Shown piece by piece: positions 40,882-51,965 of a stretch of 64,000 bases of DNA. The translations under genes and the position numbers were made by a program. The stretch comes from an uncultured Acidobacteriota bacterium. Its GTDB lineage: Bacteria; Acidobacteriota; Thermoanaerobaculia; UBA5066. Location: the NCBI GenBank assembly GCA_963779415.1, contig CAVZYA010000003.1, forward strand, positions 335,561-399,560, written 5' to 3'. The stretch's first letter is position 1; every line of letters begins with the position of its first letter. The notes beneath the pieces were generated by a model, which saw nothing but the letters and a program-made list of their open reading frames with translations, had not been told where the DNA came from and made no database searches.

Positions 40882-42766
40882 TCAGTTCCCGACCGCTGCC
40901 GCCCGCTCCTTCAGGAATTTCCGGGCGTCCGCGTTCGCCGGATCGGCGACGAGGGCCCGACGGGCCTCCTTCCAGGATTCGGTCCCGGCCGCGCTCCCCC
41001 CTTTTCGGGCGAGGAGGCGGGCGAGAGCGAGGTGGGCCGACGAAGCCCCGCCTCCGAGTGGAATCGCCCTTCGCCATTCCGCCTCCGCCTCGCCGAGGCG
41101 CCCCTCGTTCTCGAGAAAGACCGCGTGGTGCCACGCGACGGGATACGACCGGGGCGCGGCCTCCACGGCCTCGTCCCACGCCTCGTCGGCCTCCTCCGTC
41201 CGGCCGGTCTCCTCGAGCGTCTTCGCGAGACCCCACAGGCCGTTCTCGTAGTCCGGCATGATCTCTATGGACTTCCGGTAACACGTCACCGCGTCGTCCC
41301 ACCTCTTCTCGGCCCAGGCGATCCGCCCGAGCGAGGCCCACGCGTCGTAGTAACGCGGAAAGAGCTCCACCGCCCTCTCGAGATGTCTCTTCTGGCTCGT
41401 GACGTCCCCGCGCCGCCCCGCGTCGTAGGCGAGGTTGTAGCTGCGCCTTCGCCGACCGCGGAAACTTCGCGACCATGTCCGAAAAGAGAGTCCGGTCATC
41501 GCGCCAGACGAGATTCCGGCGGGCCGAAAGTCCTCCATAGAGAAGAACGAGAGCCGCGAGCAGGACGGGTCGGAGCTTTCCGTGGGCCGGGCGTGGAACC
41601 TCGCGGCGCTCGGGCGTGCCGAATCCGACGACGAGCGCGAAGAGGCCGGCCGCGGGGAGGTACATCAGCCGCTCGGCGTAGATCGTTCCGACGACGAAGG
41701 GAACGTTCGACGCGGGGAAGAGGGTCCCCGAAAAGAGGAGGAATCCGAAGAGGGTAAGCGGCCTCGGGAACCGGACCCGCCATGCGGCGACCGCACCGGC
41801 CGAGAGGATCAGGAGGCCGGCCCATGTCCGTCCGTCCAGATAGCCCGTCGCGATCGCGAGCGCGTGGGCGGAATGATCCGCCGAGAGGCCGTACGGGACG
41901 AGCGTATGGACGGCGTACCGGACGGCGAGCGTCAGCGCGTTCAGGATTCGAAGGGAGGGGGAAAGGAGGACGAGCGGGTTCTCCAGTTCCCAGATTCCGG
42001 CCCCACGGGCGAGGAGAAATCCGCCGAGGACGAGAGAGCGGACGGCGAAGAGAAGAATGAGGGGAACGAAGAGACCGAGGAAGGCCCATCGGTCTCGGCG
42101 CGCGCTCCCCCGCCACACCCCGACGAAGCCTCGCCACGATCCTCCGCGAAAGAGCTCGCCGAGGAGGACGAGGCCCGGCAGGACGACGGCACTCTCCTTG
42201 ACGAAGACCGCGGAGAGGAAGAGGACGAGGGCGAACAGGTACGGGACGACGCGGAGCCGGTCGGCCTCGGTCGCCTTCAGCCAGAGCCCCGCGGCCGAAA
42301 GGACGAGAAGCGCGGAAAGAGTCTCGGCGCGGCCCACGAGGCTCGTCACCGCCTCGACGTGGATCGGAACGACGGCGAACAGCGCGGAAACCGCGAGAAC
42401 GGAGGGGCGCGAGAAGCCGAGTGCGACGAGCCAGGCGGCGAGAGCAACCGTCGCCCCCGCGTGAAGAGCGATGTTGACGGCCCGGAAGAATCCCGGGCGC
42501 TCGCCGTGAAGCCATCGCTCCACGCCGTACGTTAGGAGGACGAGCGGCCGGTAGTTCTGCCCGGTCGCGAGAGAGCCGCCGAAGTAGTGCGTCGTGAAGA
42601 TCTCACGGATCTTCGCGGGCTCGGCGATCCGCTCGTTGTCCCGGATGATCAGCTTGTCGTCGTAGGTGAAGTCGGCCGGCAGGCCGTTCAGGAACGGGAG
42701 GATGGCGAGCACGGCGAGAAGCAGCGCCTCGGTCCGGGAGAGGCGGGGCGAGGAGCCGCCGCTCAC
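40882..42766 (-). CDS. TMTC-like GT-C glycosyltransferase with C-terminal TPRs (frameshift near 41445)
   Basis: [44 protein letters not shown] and AERLMYLP; TPRs continue in ORF 40882..41538. Confidence 0.85.
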
Positions 42767-45700
42767 GCGGTCCGCACCCGCCGCGAGCGGGAGTGCACGG
42801 GAGGCGCGAGGCCGAGCACCTTCATCTCGTAGAGGAGCGACTGGCGCGAGAGCTTCAGCATCCGCGCCGCGCGCGTCCGGTTCCCGTCGCACGCCGCGAG
42901 AGCGGCCTCGATCGCCCTTGTCTTCGCGTCCGCCACGGCCCTCCGGTACGACCCCCCGGGCTCCGCCGCGGACGTCGTGGCCGCGGCGCGGCGAACGGCA
43001 GCCGGAAGGTGCTCGAGGCCGATGACGGGCGACGGGGCGGCAAGGGCGCGCGCCGCCTCGAGCGCGGAGAGAAGCTCGCGGACGTTCCCGGGCCACGGAT
43101 ATCCGAAGACCGCCGCCCGCGCCTCGGCCGAGAGCGAGGCCTTTCCGACCGCCCCGGCCACGAGCCGCTTGAGGTCGCGGGGCCGGCGGCGGAGCGGCGG
43201 CAGCACCGCCTCCAGCCCGGTGATGCGGTAGAGAAGGTCACGGCGGAAAGAGCCCTCCTCCGCCATCGCGCGGAGATCCCGGTGGGTCGCGGAGACGACC
43301 CGGAGATCCACCTTCCGCGTCTTCAGGTCCCCCACGCGCCGCAGCTCCTGTTCCTGCAGGACGCGAAGGAGCTTCGCCTGCAGGGGAAGGGGGAGGTCTC
43401 CGATCTCGTCGAGAAAGAGCGTTCCCCCCGACGCCTGTTCGACGAGGCCGGAGCGATCGCGGTCCGCCCCCGTGAAGGCCCCCCGCACGTGGCCGAAAAG
43501 CTCCGACTCGATGAGGCTCCCGGGCAGGGCCGCGACATTGACCGCGACGAAAGGCCCCGATCGCCTCGAGAGGCGATGGACCTCCCGGGCGAGGAGTTCC
43601 TTTCCCGTCCCCGTCTCGCCGAGGATCAGGACCGGGAAGACGCGTCCGGGCAACTCTCCGGATCTCGTCGACGGCTTTCTGCGTCTCCTCGTCCTCCGCC
43701 ACGAACGACGGTGCCGGAGCGGGCGCTTCTTCCGGCGGGAGCGGAGAGGCGAGCGATTGGAGAGCCGCGGCGAAGAGGGAGCCGGCCGGGGCGAGACCGG
43801 CTCGCGCCGCGGCCCGACGGCCCAGGTCCAGGAGAGAGGCCGCGTCATGTCGGGCGAACGTCTCGGGGAAACGCCCCCGCCATTCGAGCAGCCGCTCGAC
43901 CACTGCCGCCGCTCCCCGCCCGTCCGCGAGACGCGCTTCGAGGTTGCGGAGCGCCTCCGGTCGGGGCGCCTTCCCCTTCCGGAGATCCGCCTCCGCCGCG
44001 AGCAGGAGCCGCTCGGGAGCGTCGAGCGCGACGGACGGCGGGCCCGCTCTCGCGTCCGAGGTCTCCGCATGCCGAAGCGAGGAGACGAAGCCGGAGCGGC
44101 TCGGTCTGCTCGCGATTGTCGGGAATCTCTCCGGCCCTTTCGAGGCGCTTCAGCGCCTCCTCCGGGAATCGGCTCGAAAGGAGCCGTGCCGCTTCGAGGA
44201 TCTGGATCTCACGCCAGGCGGGATGCCCGATCCCGTAGGCGCCGCGCGCCTCGGCCTCGCGAAAGACGGCCTCGGCCGCCTCCGGATCGCCGTCGAGGCG
44301 CGCAAGGCGCTGGCGCGGCGCGACCGCGAAGAGATATTGGTGCTCGCGACCGGCTTCCGATTCGTGCCGAAGGACGACGGACAGCGTCTCCCGCGCCACG
44401 TCGTACTTTCCGGACCGAAGCGCGAGGTCGATCCGGTTTCCGAGGGCCGAAAGGTAGCGCGCCTCGTCTCCGGCCTCGGCGTAGAGCGCGAGAGCGGAAG
44501 CGAGATCCTCTTCCGCACCGGAGAAGTCGCCGGCAAGAAACGACGCCGTCGCCGCGTCGAGGAGGGCGTCGGCCCGGCTCCGCGAGTCGCTCGAGAGATT
44601 GCGCGTGCGGCGGAAAAGGGCGCGTGCCTCCATGAATCGCCCCTCGTCGAGAGCGACGAAGCCGGCGGTCTTCAGTCCCTCCCGCGCCTCCTCGGGGTCG
44701 GCTTCCGAAGACCCGGCTCCGGTCGCCTGATCGAGGAGGCGACGTGCGGTCGCGAGATCGCCGCGCCGGGAGGCGACCTCCGCGGCGAGACGGGCCCGGC
44801 GCACGCGGACCGCAGAACAGACACCGGGAGAGAGCTCCTCCGTCTTCCCGAGAAGTCCGGCGGCCTCGTCGTTCTTCCGGAGATCGAGGAGAACCTGCAC
44901 GCGTGCGAGCCGCTCCTCGGCCGTCGTGCCGCACACGAGGGCGAGGGCGGCCTCTTCTTCTCCGAGGCGCGCGAGGCGCCGGGCCAGGCCGCTTCGCTCC
45001 CCGAGCGGCGCTTCTCGGGACCGGTCCGACACGAGGCGTCGTGCGGCGGCGCGAGCCTCGGCACGGCGGCCGCCTTCCGAAAGTACGCGCACGGCCAGAT
45101 CCGGCCGCCCGAGGTCGGGATCGCCTGGCGGAGCGCGAAGAAGGAGGTCGAGGGCCAGCGAGAGGCTCTCTTTCTCCGCCGCCTCCGCGAAGAGCGCCCG
45201 GGCCCGCCGAACGTCCCGCGTCTCCGCACGCGAGAGGGCGGCCACGGCGATCCGTTCGGCCCCGGCTCCCTCTGCCTCAAGCCGCTCCACGATGCTCCTC
45301 CGCACCGGAAGCGACAGGGACGCGGCCCGCGCCGCGCGGGCCTTCTCCGACACGAAGCTCCAGCCGCCGCATCGCGCCGGAGCGATCAGGACGCCGTCAC
45401 ATCCCCGGTCGATCGCCCGGACGGCCTCCTCGAGCGGCACGCCTGCGGCGACCGAGAGCTCCTCGGCCGTGAAGCCGGAGGCGAGGAGAGCCGCCGCACC
45501 GAGAAGCGGCCCGGCCGCCGCACGGGGCCGCTTCGGCCGCGGCTTCCCGGACGGCCCTCCTCCCTTCGGGTCGAACCGCTCCGCGACGCTCCGGACGACG
45601 CGGAGGAACCGCGCCGGCTCCTCCGCGGACGCGTCCGCCACCGCATCCCACGACTCCTCCGCCTCGGACCAGCTCCGGAACGGGAGCCAGAGGAGCGAGG

Positions 45701-46763
45701 CGACGTCGCCCGCCGAGAGGCTCGCCACGAGCGGAATCCGCGCCTCCCACGGGCGCGGGACACTCCCCCGCGTCTCGAAAACGACGAACCCGGCCTCGCC
45801 GAGGGAGCCTTCCACGGCCCGCCGCGAACGCGCGTCCCACGACTCTGCCGAAAGCGCGATGACCGCCACGGGGGGCCCTTCCGGCCATCTTCCGGGCTCC
45901 CTGCCGTCGGCGAGAAAGCCGAGGGCGCCCGCACGCGGATCGCCCGAAAGAGAACGGGCGAGCCGGCGAAGCGAGCCGCCTTCCTCGAGACGGTCGGCAG
46001 GTGCGATCTCGACGAATCCTCCTCCCGATCGTCGTGAGGCTCCCCGGACGACGAAGAGAGCACCGTCTCCGCTGGCGGCTCGGACCACCGCAGGAACTCC
46101 CCCCGGGGGACCCTCCGAGACGCACGGATACGCGAGGCCGAGCAGCTCGGGGCCCGACGGAGCCGCCTCGCTCGCATGTCGGGAAAGGGCCGGGATGAGA
46201 GCCTCCACGACACCCCCGGTCGCGTGGAGCTGCAGCGCTTCGGCCACGATGGATGTCGTCTCCGGTCGAAGACGGCCGGACTCCAGCGCCTCCTCCACCG
46301 ATCGGCGGAGCCTCTCGGCGCCAGGTCCCTCGGCCGAGCCGCCCGCGAGCCTCACGGCCACCGCGCCGACGAGGAGCGCCGGCGGAGCGGCGCGCCATTC
46401 CGGAACCGGTGCCGCCCCGAGCGAAGGCCGGACCTGGCTCGCCGGCGAGAATCCGATCCTCGCGACGTCCTCCCAGGCGACGCCGAGACCGTGGAACTTC
46501 AGAAACGCCGCGAGCGCCGAGAACCTCGCGAGGAATCCCGCGAAAAGATGCCGGTCCGGGACGGGGGAGAGTGCCCGGGGAGCCGCCGGCTCGGGCTTCA
46601 GGAGGAGGCCGTCTTCCACCGGAATCGCCGCCGTGAACCCGGGCAGAAGCGGATGAGAGAGCATCGTCAGCCGCCCGCCGCCGACGGCGAGATCTGCGCG
46701 GCGAAGAAGCCACCGCCCACCGCGCCGGGCGCGCTCGGAGGAAACCGATCGCGTCTCAGCCAT
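42763..46763 (-). CDS. Very large sigma-54-dependent enhancer-binding protein with TPR-rich N-terminal region (frameshifts near 44040 and 43650)
   Basis: C-terminal [43 protein letters not shown] and a Fis-type HTH. The N-terminal ~900 aa come from ORF 43845..48005 starting at MAETRS, bridged by ORF 43238..43903. Confidence 0.85.
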
Positions 46764-46810
46764 GGCTCGCGAGATGTCTGTCGGACGATTTCGCAGTGGG
46801 GCCGCCCGCG

Positions 46811-48100
46811 TCAAGTGTGCTGAAGGAGGCTCTGGAGATCGCGGAAGAACTCCGGGTACGACTTGCCGACCGCCGAGGGGTCGTCGAGGGTCGATCCGGC
46901 GGGGAGGCCGAGCGCGAGGACGGCCGCCGCCATCGCGACGCGGTGGTCGCCGTGGGCTGCGAAGGCCGCCGCGCGGGGCATCCCGGCACGCCCCTCGATG
47001 ACGAGACGAGCCTCCTTCCCGTTCCCTTCGACGCGCGCGACCGCCCCGGCCCGGCCGAGGAGATCGACCGCGGCCGCGAGGCGATCCGACTCCTTTTCCC
47101 TCAGGCGGGCCGCTCCCGCGAGAACCGACGTTCCCCCGGCAAAGGCCAGGAGGGCGGCGAGAGGAAGAGCGGCGTCCGGCGCCGCGTCGACGTCGACCGA
47201 GAGCGGACGAACGCCGGCGAGACCCGAGAGATGTCTCGCGTCGACCGTCAGCCCGTCGCTCTCCCCTTCCCCGGCCCACGAGAGCCTCCCCCCCGCGCGC
47301 TCCGCCCATTCGCGAAAGACGGCATCGGGCTGATCGGAATTTCGCGAGAGCCCGAGAATCGTCACCCGTCCGTGCGACAGGAGAGCCCCGGCCATCGGAA
47401 AGCAGGCCGCCGAGTCGTCGCCCGGTATCGTGATGCGCGCGGGGCGAAAGCCCCCGCCCGGCCGCGCTCCGAAGGCGTCGAGGACGGCCTGCGTCAGGTT
47501 CAGGTAGGCCGCAGACGAGACGTGCCCTTCGATCCCGATTTCGATTCCCCCCGGGACGAGCGGGGAGACGAGCCTCAGCGCCGAGAGGTACTGCGAGGAG
47601 ACGTCGCCCCGGATCCGGACGCGGCCTCCCCGAAGAGTGCCTCCGCGGATCGCAGCGGGAAGAAACCCCTCCCGTGAAAGGCACGTCACCTCTCCACCCA
47701 GGTCCCGGATGGCCTCGAACAGGAGAGCCATCGGCCGCTCCCGCATCCGGGCGCTGCCGTCGAGAACGTATCGCCCCGGCACCGCGGCGAGGAGGGGCGC
47801 CAGAAACCGCGCCGGCGTGCCGGCATCCCCCACGTCGATCGTCAGCTCTCTCTCCGAGAAGCCGCGGGGACGGAGCGGCCCGCGCACCCGCCAGATCCCG
47901 CCCTCGAAGAAGATCTCCGCGGCGAGCAATCGAAGCGCCGCCGCAAGCGCCCGGGTATCCGACGAGTCGAGGGGATCGAGGAGCGTGCTCTCGCCTTCCG
48001 CGCACGCGGCCGCGAGGAGGGCACGGTTCGTGACGCTCTTGCTCCCGGGAACGCGAAGAGTCCCGTCGAGCCGGCCGGCGGCGAGCGGGTGCGGCGTCAT
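46811..48100 (-). CDS. aroA: 3-phosphoshikimate 1-carboxyvinyltransferase
   Basis: PGSKSVTNR, GDAGTPARF, MRERP, SSQYLSAL, LREKESDR, DHRVAMA and KSYPEF. Confidence 0.95.
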   Translation of the reverse strand: MTPHPLAAGRLDGTLRVPGSKSVTNRALLAAACAEGESTLLDPLDSSDTRALAAALRLLAAEIFFEGGIWRVRGPLRPRGFSERELTIDVGDAGTPARFLAPLLAAVPGRYVLDGSARMRERPMALLFEAIRDLGGEVTCLSREGFLPAAIRGGTLRGGRVRIRGDVSSQYLSALRLVSPLVPGGIEIGIEGHVSSAAYLNLTQAVLDAFGARPGGGFRPARITIPGDDSAACFPMAGALLSHGRVTILGLSRNSDQPDAVFREWAERAGGRLSWAGEGESDGLTVDARHLSGLAGVRPLSVDVDAAPDAALPLAALLAFAGGTSVLAGAARLREKESDRLAAAVDLLGRAGAVARVEGNGKEARLVIEGRAGMPRAAAFAAHGDHRVAMAAAVLALGLPAGSTLDDPSAVGKSYPEFFRDLQSLLQHT

Positions 48101-48879
48101 GCGAAGCCGAGATCGCGTTTCACGGCGCGTGCCGCGGTCGGCTCCACGACGACTCTCAGATTCCCCGACGCATCGATCTCGGCGTGCTTCCGTTCCTCCA
48201 GCCACGCCGGAAGGACGTGCGTCACGCCGCTCGCGGCTTCGAGCAGCCGCTCCACGTGAAAGTGCCCCACGAGCAGCCGGTCGTAACCGGCGCTCCTGGC
48301 CCGCCGCCCTTCGGCCAAAAGCTCCGCCTCCGGGAGCTTCGTCTTGTGCTTGAAGTTCGTCCGGTAGAGCCTTTCTTCGGTCTTCTTCACGATCGTGCGC
48401 GCCATCGGGCCGGGAATCAGCCTCAGCGCCCCGCGGGCGACGGGGCTCTTCGAAAAGAGCCTCCAGAACCGGTAGGGAAGGTCGCGCGTGTTCACACGAT
48501 CCCCGTGGACGAAGGCGTAACGGACCTCTCCGACCTCGAGCCCGTCCGTCTCGCCATAGACCTCGAACGGTTCCGCGTACCTCGTCCCGGCGATAAAAAA
48601 GTCCCGGTTCCCTTCGACGTACCGGAGCGAGATCCCTGTCGCGGCGAGATCGCGAAAGGCCGCGAGAACGCGCGAAATGAGCGGCGTCTCGAACTTCGCG
48701 TCGCCGATGAAGTAGTGAAAGATGTCCCCGAGCAGGACGATCGTCGTCATCCCGCGCCCCGCCACGTCGGAAAGGGACGCGAGGAAGTCGTCCGCGTCTC
48801 CTTCCGCCTGGCCGAGGTGCGCGTCGGCGAAGACGGCGATTCCGGAGGAGACCCGGGTCGGAGGGGGAAAGGGCGTCAC
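48097..48879 (-). CDS. lpxH: UDP-2,3-diacylglucosamine hydrolase (LpxH-like metallophosphoesterase)
   Basis: ADAHLG, LGDIF, EGNRDF, HGD and GHFH. Confidence 0.8.
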   Translation of the reverse strand: MTPFPPPTRVSSGIAVFADAHLGQAEGDADDFLASLSDVAGRGMTTIVLLGDIFHYFIGDAKFETPLISRVLAAFRDLAATGISLRYVEGNRDFFIAGTRYAEPFEVYGETDGLEVGEVRYAFVHGDRVNTRDLPYRFWRLFSKSPVARGALRLIPGPMARTIVKKTEERLYRTNFKHKTKLPEAELLAEGRRARSAGYDRLLVGHFHVERLLEAASGVTHVLPAWLEERKHAEIDASGNLRVVVEPTAARAVKRDLGFA

Positions 48880-48903
48880 GCCCCGATCTTAGCGGTCGCG
48901 GGG

Positions 48904-48934
48904 AAAAGGAAAGGGCCCCGGTCGCCCGGGGCCC
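48904..48934 (-). terminator. Intrinsic terminator of the porin-cytochrome operon
   Basis: On the minus strand gggccccgg-gcga-ccggggccc followed by tttcctttt. Confidence 0.85.
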
Positions 48935-48961
48935 GGAAAGCCGTGTGGGAGAGGACGCGGC

Positions 48962-50908
48962 CTAGAAGGCGGCCCAGTGGGCGTAGACGCCGATGCGCGT
49001 CGCGCTGTAGTCACCGTAGGTGTTGACCGTCTCGACGTACTTGTCGTAGGCCGCTTCGCCGACGACGGAGAATCTCTTGACGATCGGAACCTCGAGCTGG
49101 CCGCGGAAACGGTCGATCTTGAATCCGAACGTCCCCTGGTTCCGGTATTCCCCGCCGGAGAGGTTCAGCTTGACGGCCTTGAGGTTGAGGATCAGCCCCC
49201 CCTCGAGAGCCCGGCCGTCCTCGAAGTTCGCGTTGTCGGCGACGGAGAAGTTGATCGGGTTGATGATCGGAATGTGCGTTCCGGAGCTGAAGTCGTACCC
49301 CGAGAACCGTAGCGTCAGCCAGTCGGTCGGCATGAGGTTGAAATCGCCGCCCACCTGGCGGAAGTTCCCTTTCGAGTTGATCCCCGCCGTCGTGTTCGAC
49401 TCCCACGCCCAGCTGAACGTGCTGTTGACCTCGATGAGCTTCCCGATCTTGAAGCCGGCGCGCGTCCGCCAGCTCTGGCGCATCGTCGCGTCGGTCCGGA
49501 GGATCGCCTGGTTCGAGTTGTCCGCGCGGTAGTCGGCGCCGAGCGTCAGGAACCCGAGGCCGAACGTCGCCCCGGCGTCGTACGTGCTGATGGCGCGGTC
49601 GTAGTAGCCCGCCTGGCCGTACGGCAGCACGATCTCGGCGACGTCCTCATCGACGCTCGTCGCCTGCTTCGTGTGGGTGTAGGTGAACCGGAGGCCGAAG
49701 GGACCGATGTGGTGCGCGACGAAGCCGATGTCCATCGACTCGTCGCTGCGCGAGAGGCCGTTGTTGATGTTGAGGATCTTCTGGATGTTCGGCGGGTCAG
49801 CCCCCATGTAGGTGGCCGTGTTGTAGAAAATCTGGTTGAGAAGCTCCTGGCCGCTCAGCTCGCGGAAGTCTTTCCTCCAGCCCCCGGCGACGTCGACGCC
49901 GTCCGCTACGGTGAACTCGGCCCGCGCCGCGCCGCGCCAGGTGAGGTTGTTGACCGACGAGTTCACGGTCTCGTTCAACCCGCCGAAGAAGCGTGCGATC
50001 TCGAAGTTGACGAGGGATCCGTCGAGGTTCGTCGGGCCCTGCGTATCCGAGCTCCCCGTGGTGCGAACGTACGTGCCGAGGATCTTGCCGAAGCAGCCGA
50101 GCTGATAGACGCCCGACGCCGTCGTGATCGGGATGTTGACGTCGGTCGTCTCGTTCCGGCTGTAGGAGGTGAGGGTCTGCTGCTGGCCGAGGATCGGCGT
50201 CGTCCCGTTGCCGGCTCCGGCGCCCGGGGTCAGGACCGAGGTCTCCTCCTCGTGGTATCTCCGCCATCCCTGCATGAAGTTGATGGCGACCGGGCCCGTG
50301 CCGAAGTTGAAGCCGACGCGCGGCTCCTCGTCCCACGAGTAGAAGCTCTGGTTCAGACGGAACTCGTCCTCCCCGACGTGGACCGTGGTGGTGCCCGGCC
50401 CCGTGTACCTGTTGTAGGTGTAACCGACGATCGGCGAGAAGATCGTGCCGGGGAGGATCGCCAGCTCGGCGTCGTAGACGTTGCGGAGCCGCTGGTAGGT
50501 CTGCTGGCCGGGAACGATCCCGTCGGCAAGGAGGGGGTTTGCGAAGGCCGGAAGCGCGCTGAAGTACCGCCACCGGTCATAGACGAAGGTGAACTTGTAG
50601 ACGCGGCTCTTGCCGATCTCGAGATGGATGGAGCCGGCCGGCCCGACGCCGATGTCGCTGACGTCGAGGCGGATCTTGTCGGCGAACCCGAGCTTTCCGT
50701 TGAAGTCGCTCGAGGCGAAGGTCAGCGAGCGGAGGAGGAACCCCTCGCCCTCGTTGATCTGGGTGCGATACATGTCGTCGTTGCCGGCGACGTTCACGAA
50801 GCGGTACCCCAGCTCGACGTCGAGGGGGAAGTTCTGGGCGAGGACGGGCGAGGAGAGAAGGAGGAGCGCCGCCGCGAGGGCGAACCGGGTGAGTGCTTTG
50901 CGTCTCAT
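48962..50908 (-). CDS. Outer-membrane beta-barrel, putative MtrB/PioB-like porin
   Basis: Signal peptide, 648 aa of aromatic amphipathic beta-strands, C-terminal Phe; directly downstream of two decaheme cytochromes. MtrB role is from context. Confidence 0.8.
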   Translation of the reverse strand: MRRKALTRFALAAALLLLSSPVLAQNFPLDVELGYRFVNVAGNDDMYRTQINEGEGFLLRSLTFASSDFNGKLGFADKIRLDVSDIGVGPAGSIHLEIGKSRVYKFTFVYDRWRYFSALPAFANPLLADGIVPGQQTYQRLRNVYDAELAILPGTIFSPIVGYTYNRYTGPGTTTVHVGEDEFRLNQSFYSWDEEPRVGFNFGTGPVAINFMQGWRRYHEEETSVLTPGAGAGNGTTPILGQQQTLTSYSRNETTDVNIPITTASGVYQLGCFGKILGTYVRTTGSSDTQGPTNLDGSLVNFEIARFFGGLNETVNSSVNNLTWRGAARAEFTVADGVDVAGGWRKDFRELSGQELLNQIFYNTATYMGADPPNIQKILNINNGLSRSDESMDIGFVAHHIGPFGLRFTYTHTKQATSVDEDVAEIVLPYGQAGYYDRAISTYDAGATFGLGFLTLGADYRADNSNQAILRTDATMRQSWRTRAGFKIGKLIEVNSTFSWAWESNTTAGINSKGNFRQVGGDFNLMPTDWLTLRFSGYDFSSGTHIPIINPINFSVADNANFEDGRALEGGLILNLKAVKLNLSGGEYRNQGTFGFKIDRFRGQLEVPIVKRFSVVGEAAYDKYVETVNTYGDYSATRIGVYAHWAAF

Positions 50909-50918
50909 CGGTCGCCTC

Positions 50919-51912
50919 CTATTTCAACAGCTGCGGGTCGCGGTTTGACCCGTGGATCGCGGTGTGGCAGGTGGTGCAGTTCTGGTACCGCGGCTGGTTG
51001 AGGTTGTGGATCGACGGCGGCTGCGAGCCGAGCGTGGTGGCCGTCGTCACGCCGATGCGCGTGTGACAGCTCAGACAGAGGCCATAGAGGCTCGCCTGTT
51101 TGAGCATCTTCGTGTTGTTAGAGCCCGTGGGCCTCGTGGCAGGTGAGGCAGTCTCCCGAATAGTTGCCGTGCGGGTAGACGAAGGGCCCCCTCATCTCGG
51201 TGTGGCAGCTGAGGCAGGCCAGCTCGCCGGCGCTCGTCAGCTTCATGCCGGCCCGGCCCGGGCGGCCGTGAGGCTCGTGGCAGGAGGTGCAGTCGACCCC
51301 GCCGCGCCCCACGCGGTGCGTGTAGGGCTTGTTGCGGAAGGAGGCGACGACGGTCGGATGGCAGCTTTCGCAGAGGTCGAGCTGCTTCTTGACGAGGAGC
51401 TTCGGGGCGGTGAACTCCGCCGAGTGGATGGAGTGGCAGTTCAGGCAGTTGACGGCCGGCTGGGGAGCATGGGCGCCTGTACCGTGCGAGGCCGTGTCGA
51501 TCAACAGCCCCTGCGAGGCCTGCGCCCCGTTGGGGGAGCAGCTCGCGCAGTTGAAGTTGCCGATTCTGGCGTGGCAGGTCAGACAGGACTCGGCACCGGT
51601 GACGCCCTTAAGGCTCTTCACCAGCGCCACATCGCCGTCCGCGTCCGCGTGCTTCGAGGCGCCCGTGTGGCACGCCTCGCAGATCGCGTCGGAGCGCCAC
51701 CCCTTGGCCGCGAGCCCCCGGTTGTGCGGATTCGCGAGGAAGGCTTTCACCTGGTCGCCGTGGCAGTTCGCGCACACGCTGTCGGCCAGAGGGTCGCCCT
51801 TCTTCTCGGCCGCCGCGGGGGAGGCCAGCGCCGGACCCGCGACGAGCCCGACCAGCAGCAGCAGAGCCACCACGAGGAGGATGCCGCCGGGAAGGAGGAA
51901 TCTTGTTCGCAT
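50919..51912 (-). CDS. mtrA: Periplasmic decaheme cytochrome c, DmsE/MtrA family (frameshift near 51125)
   Basis: Eight CXXCH in ORF 51118..51969 and two in ORF 50919..51107. RGPFVYPH, CLTCHEAHG(S) and CTTCH.AIHGSN are characteristic of MtrA/DmsE; signal peptide present. Confidence 0.9.
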
Positions 51913-51965
51913 CTGGGCCTCATGGCCTCTGGCGGCGCCGAGCGGCGCCGCCAGAGGACTGTGAA

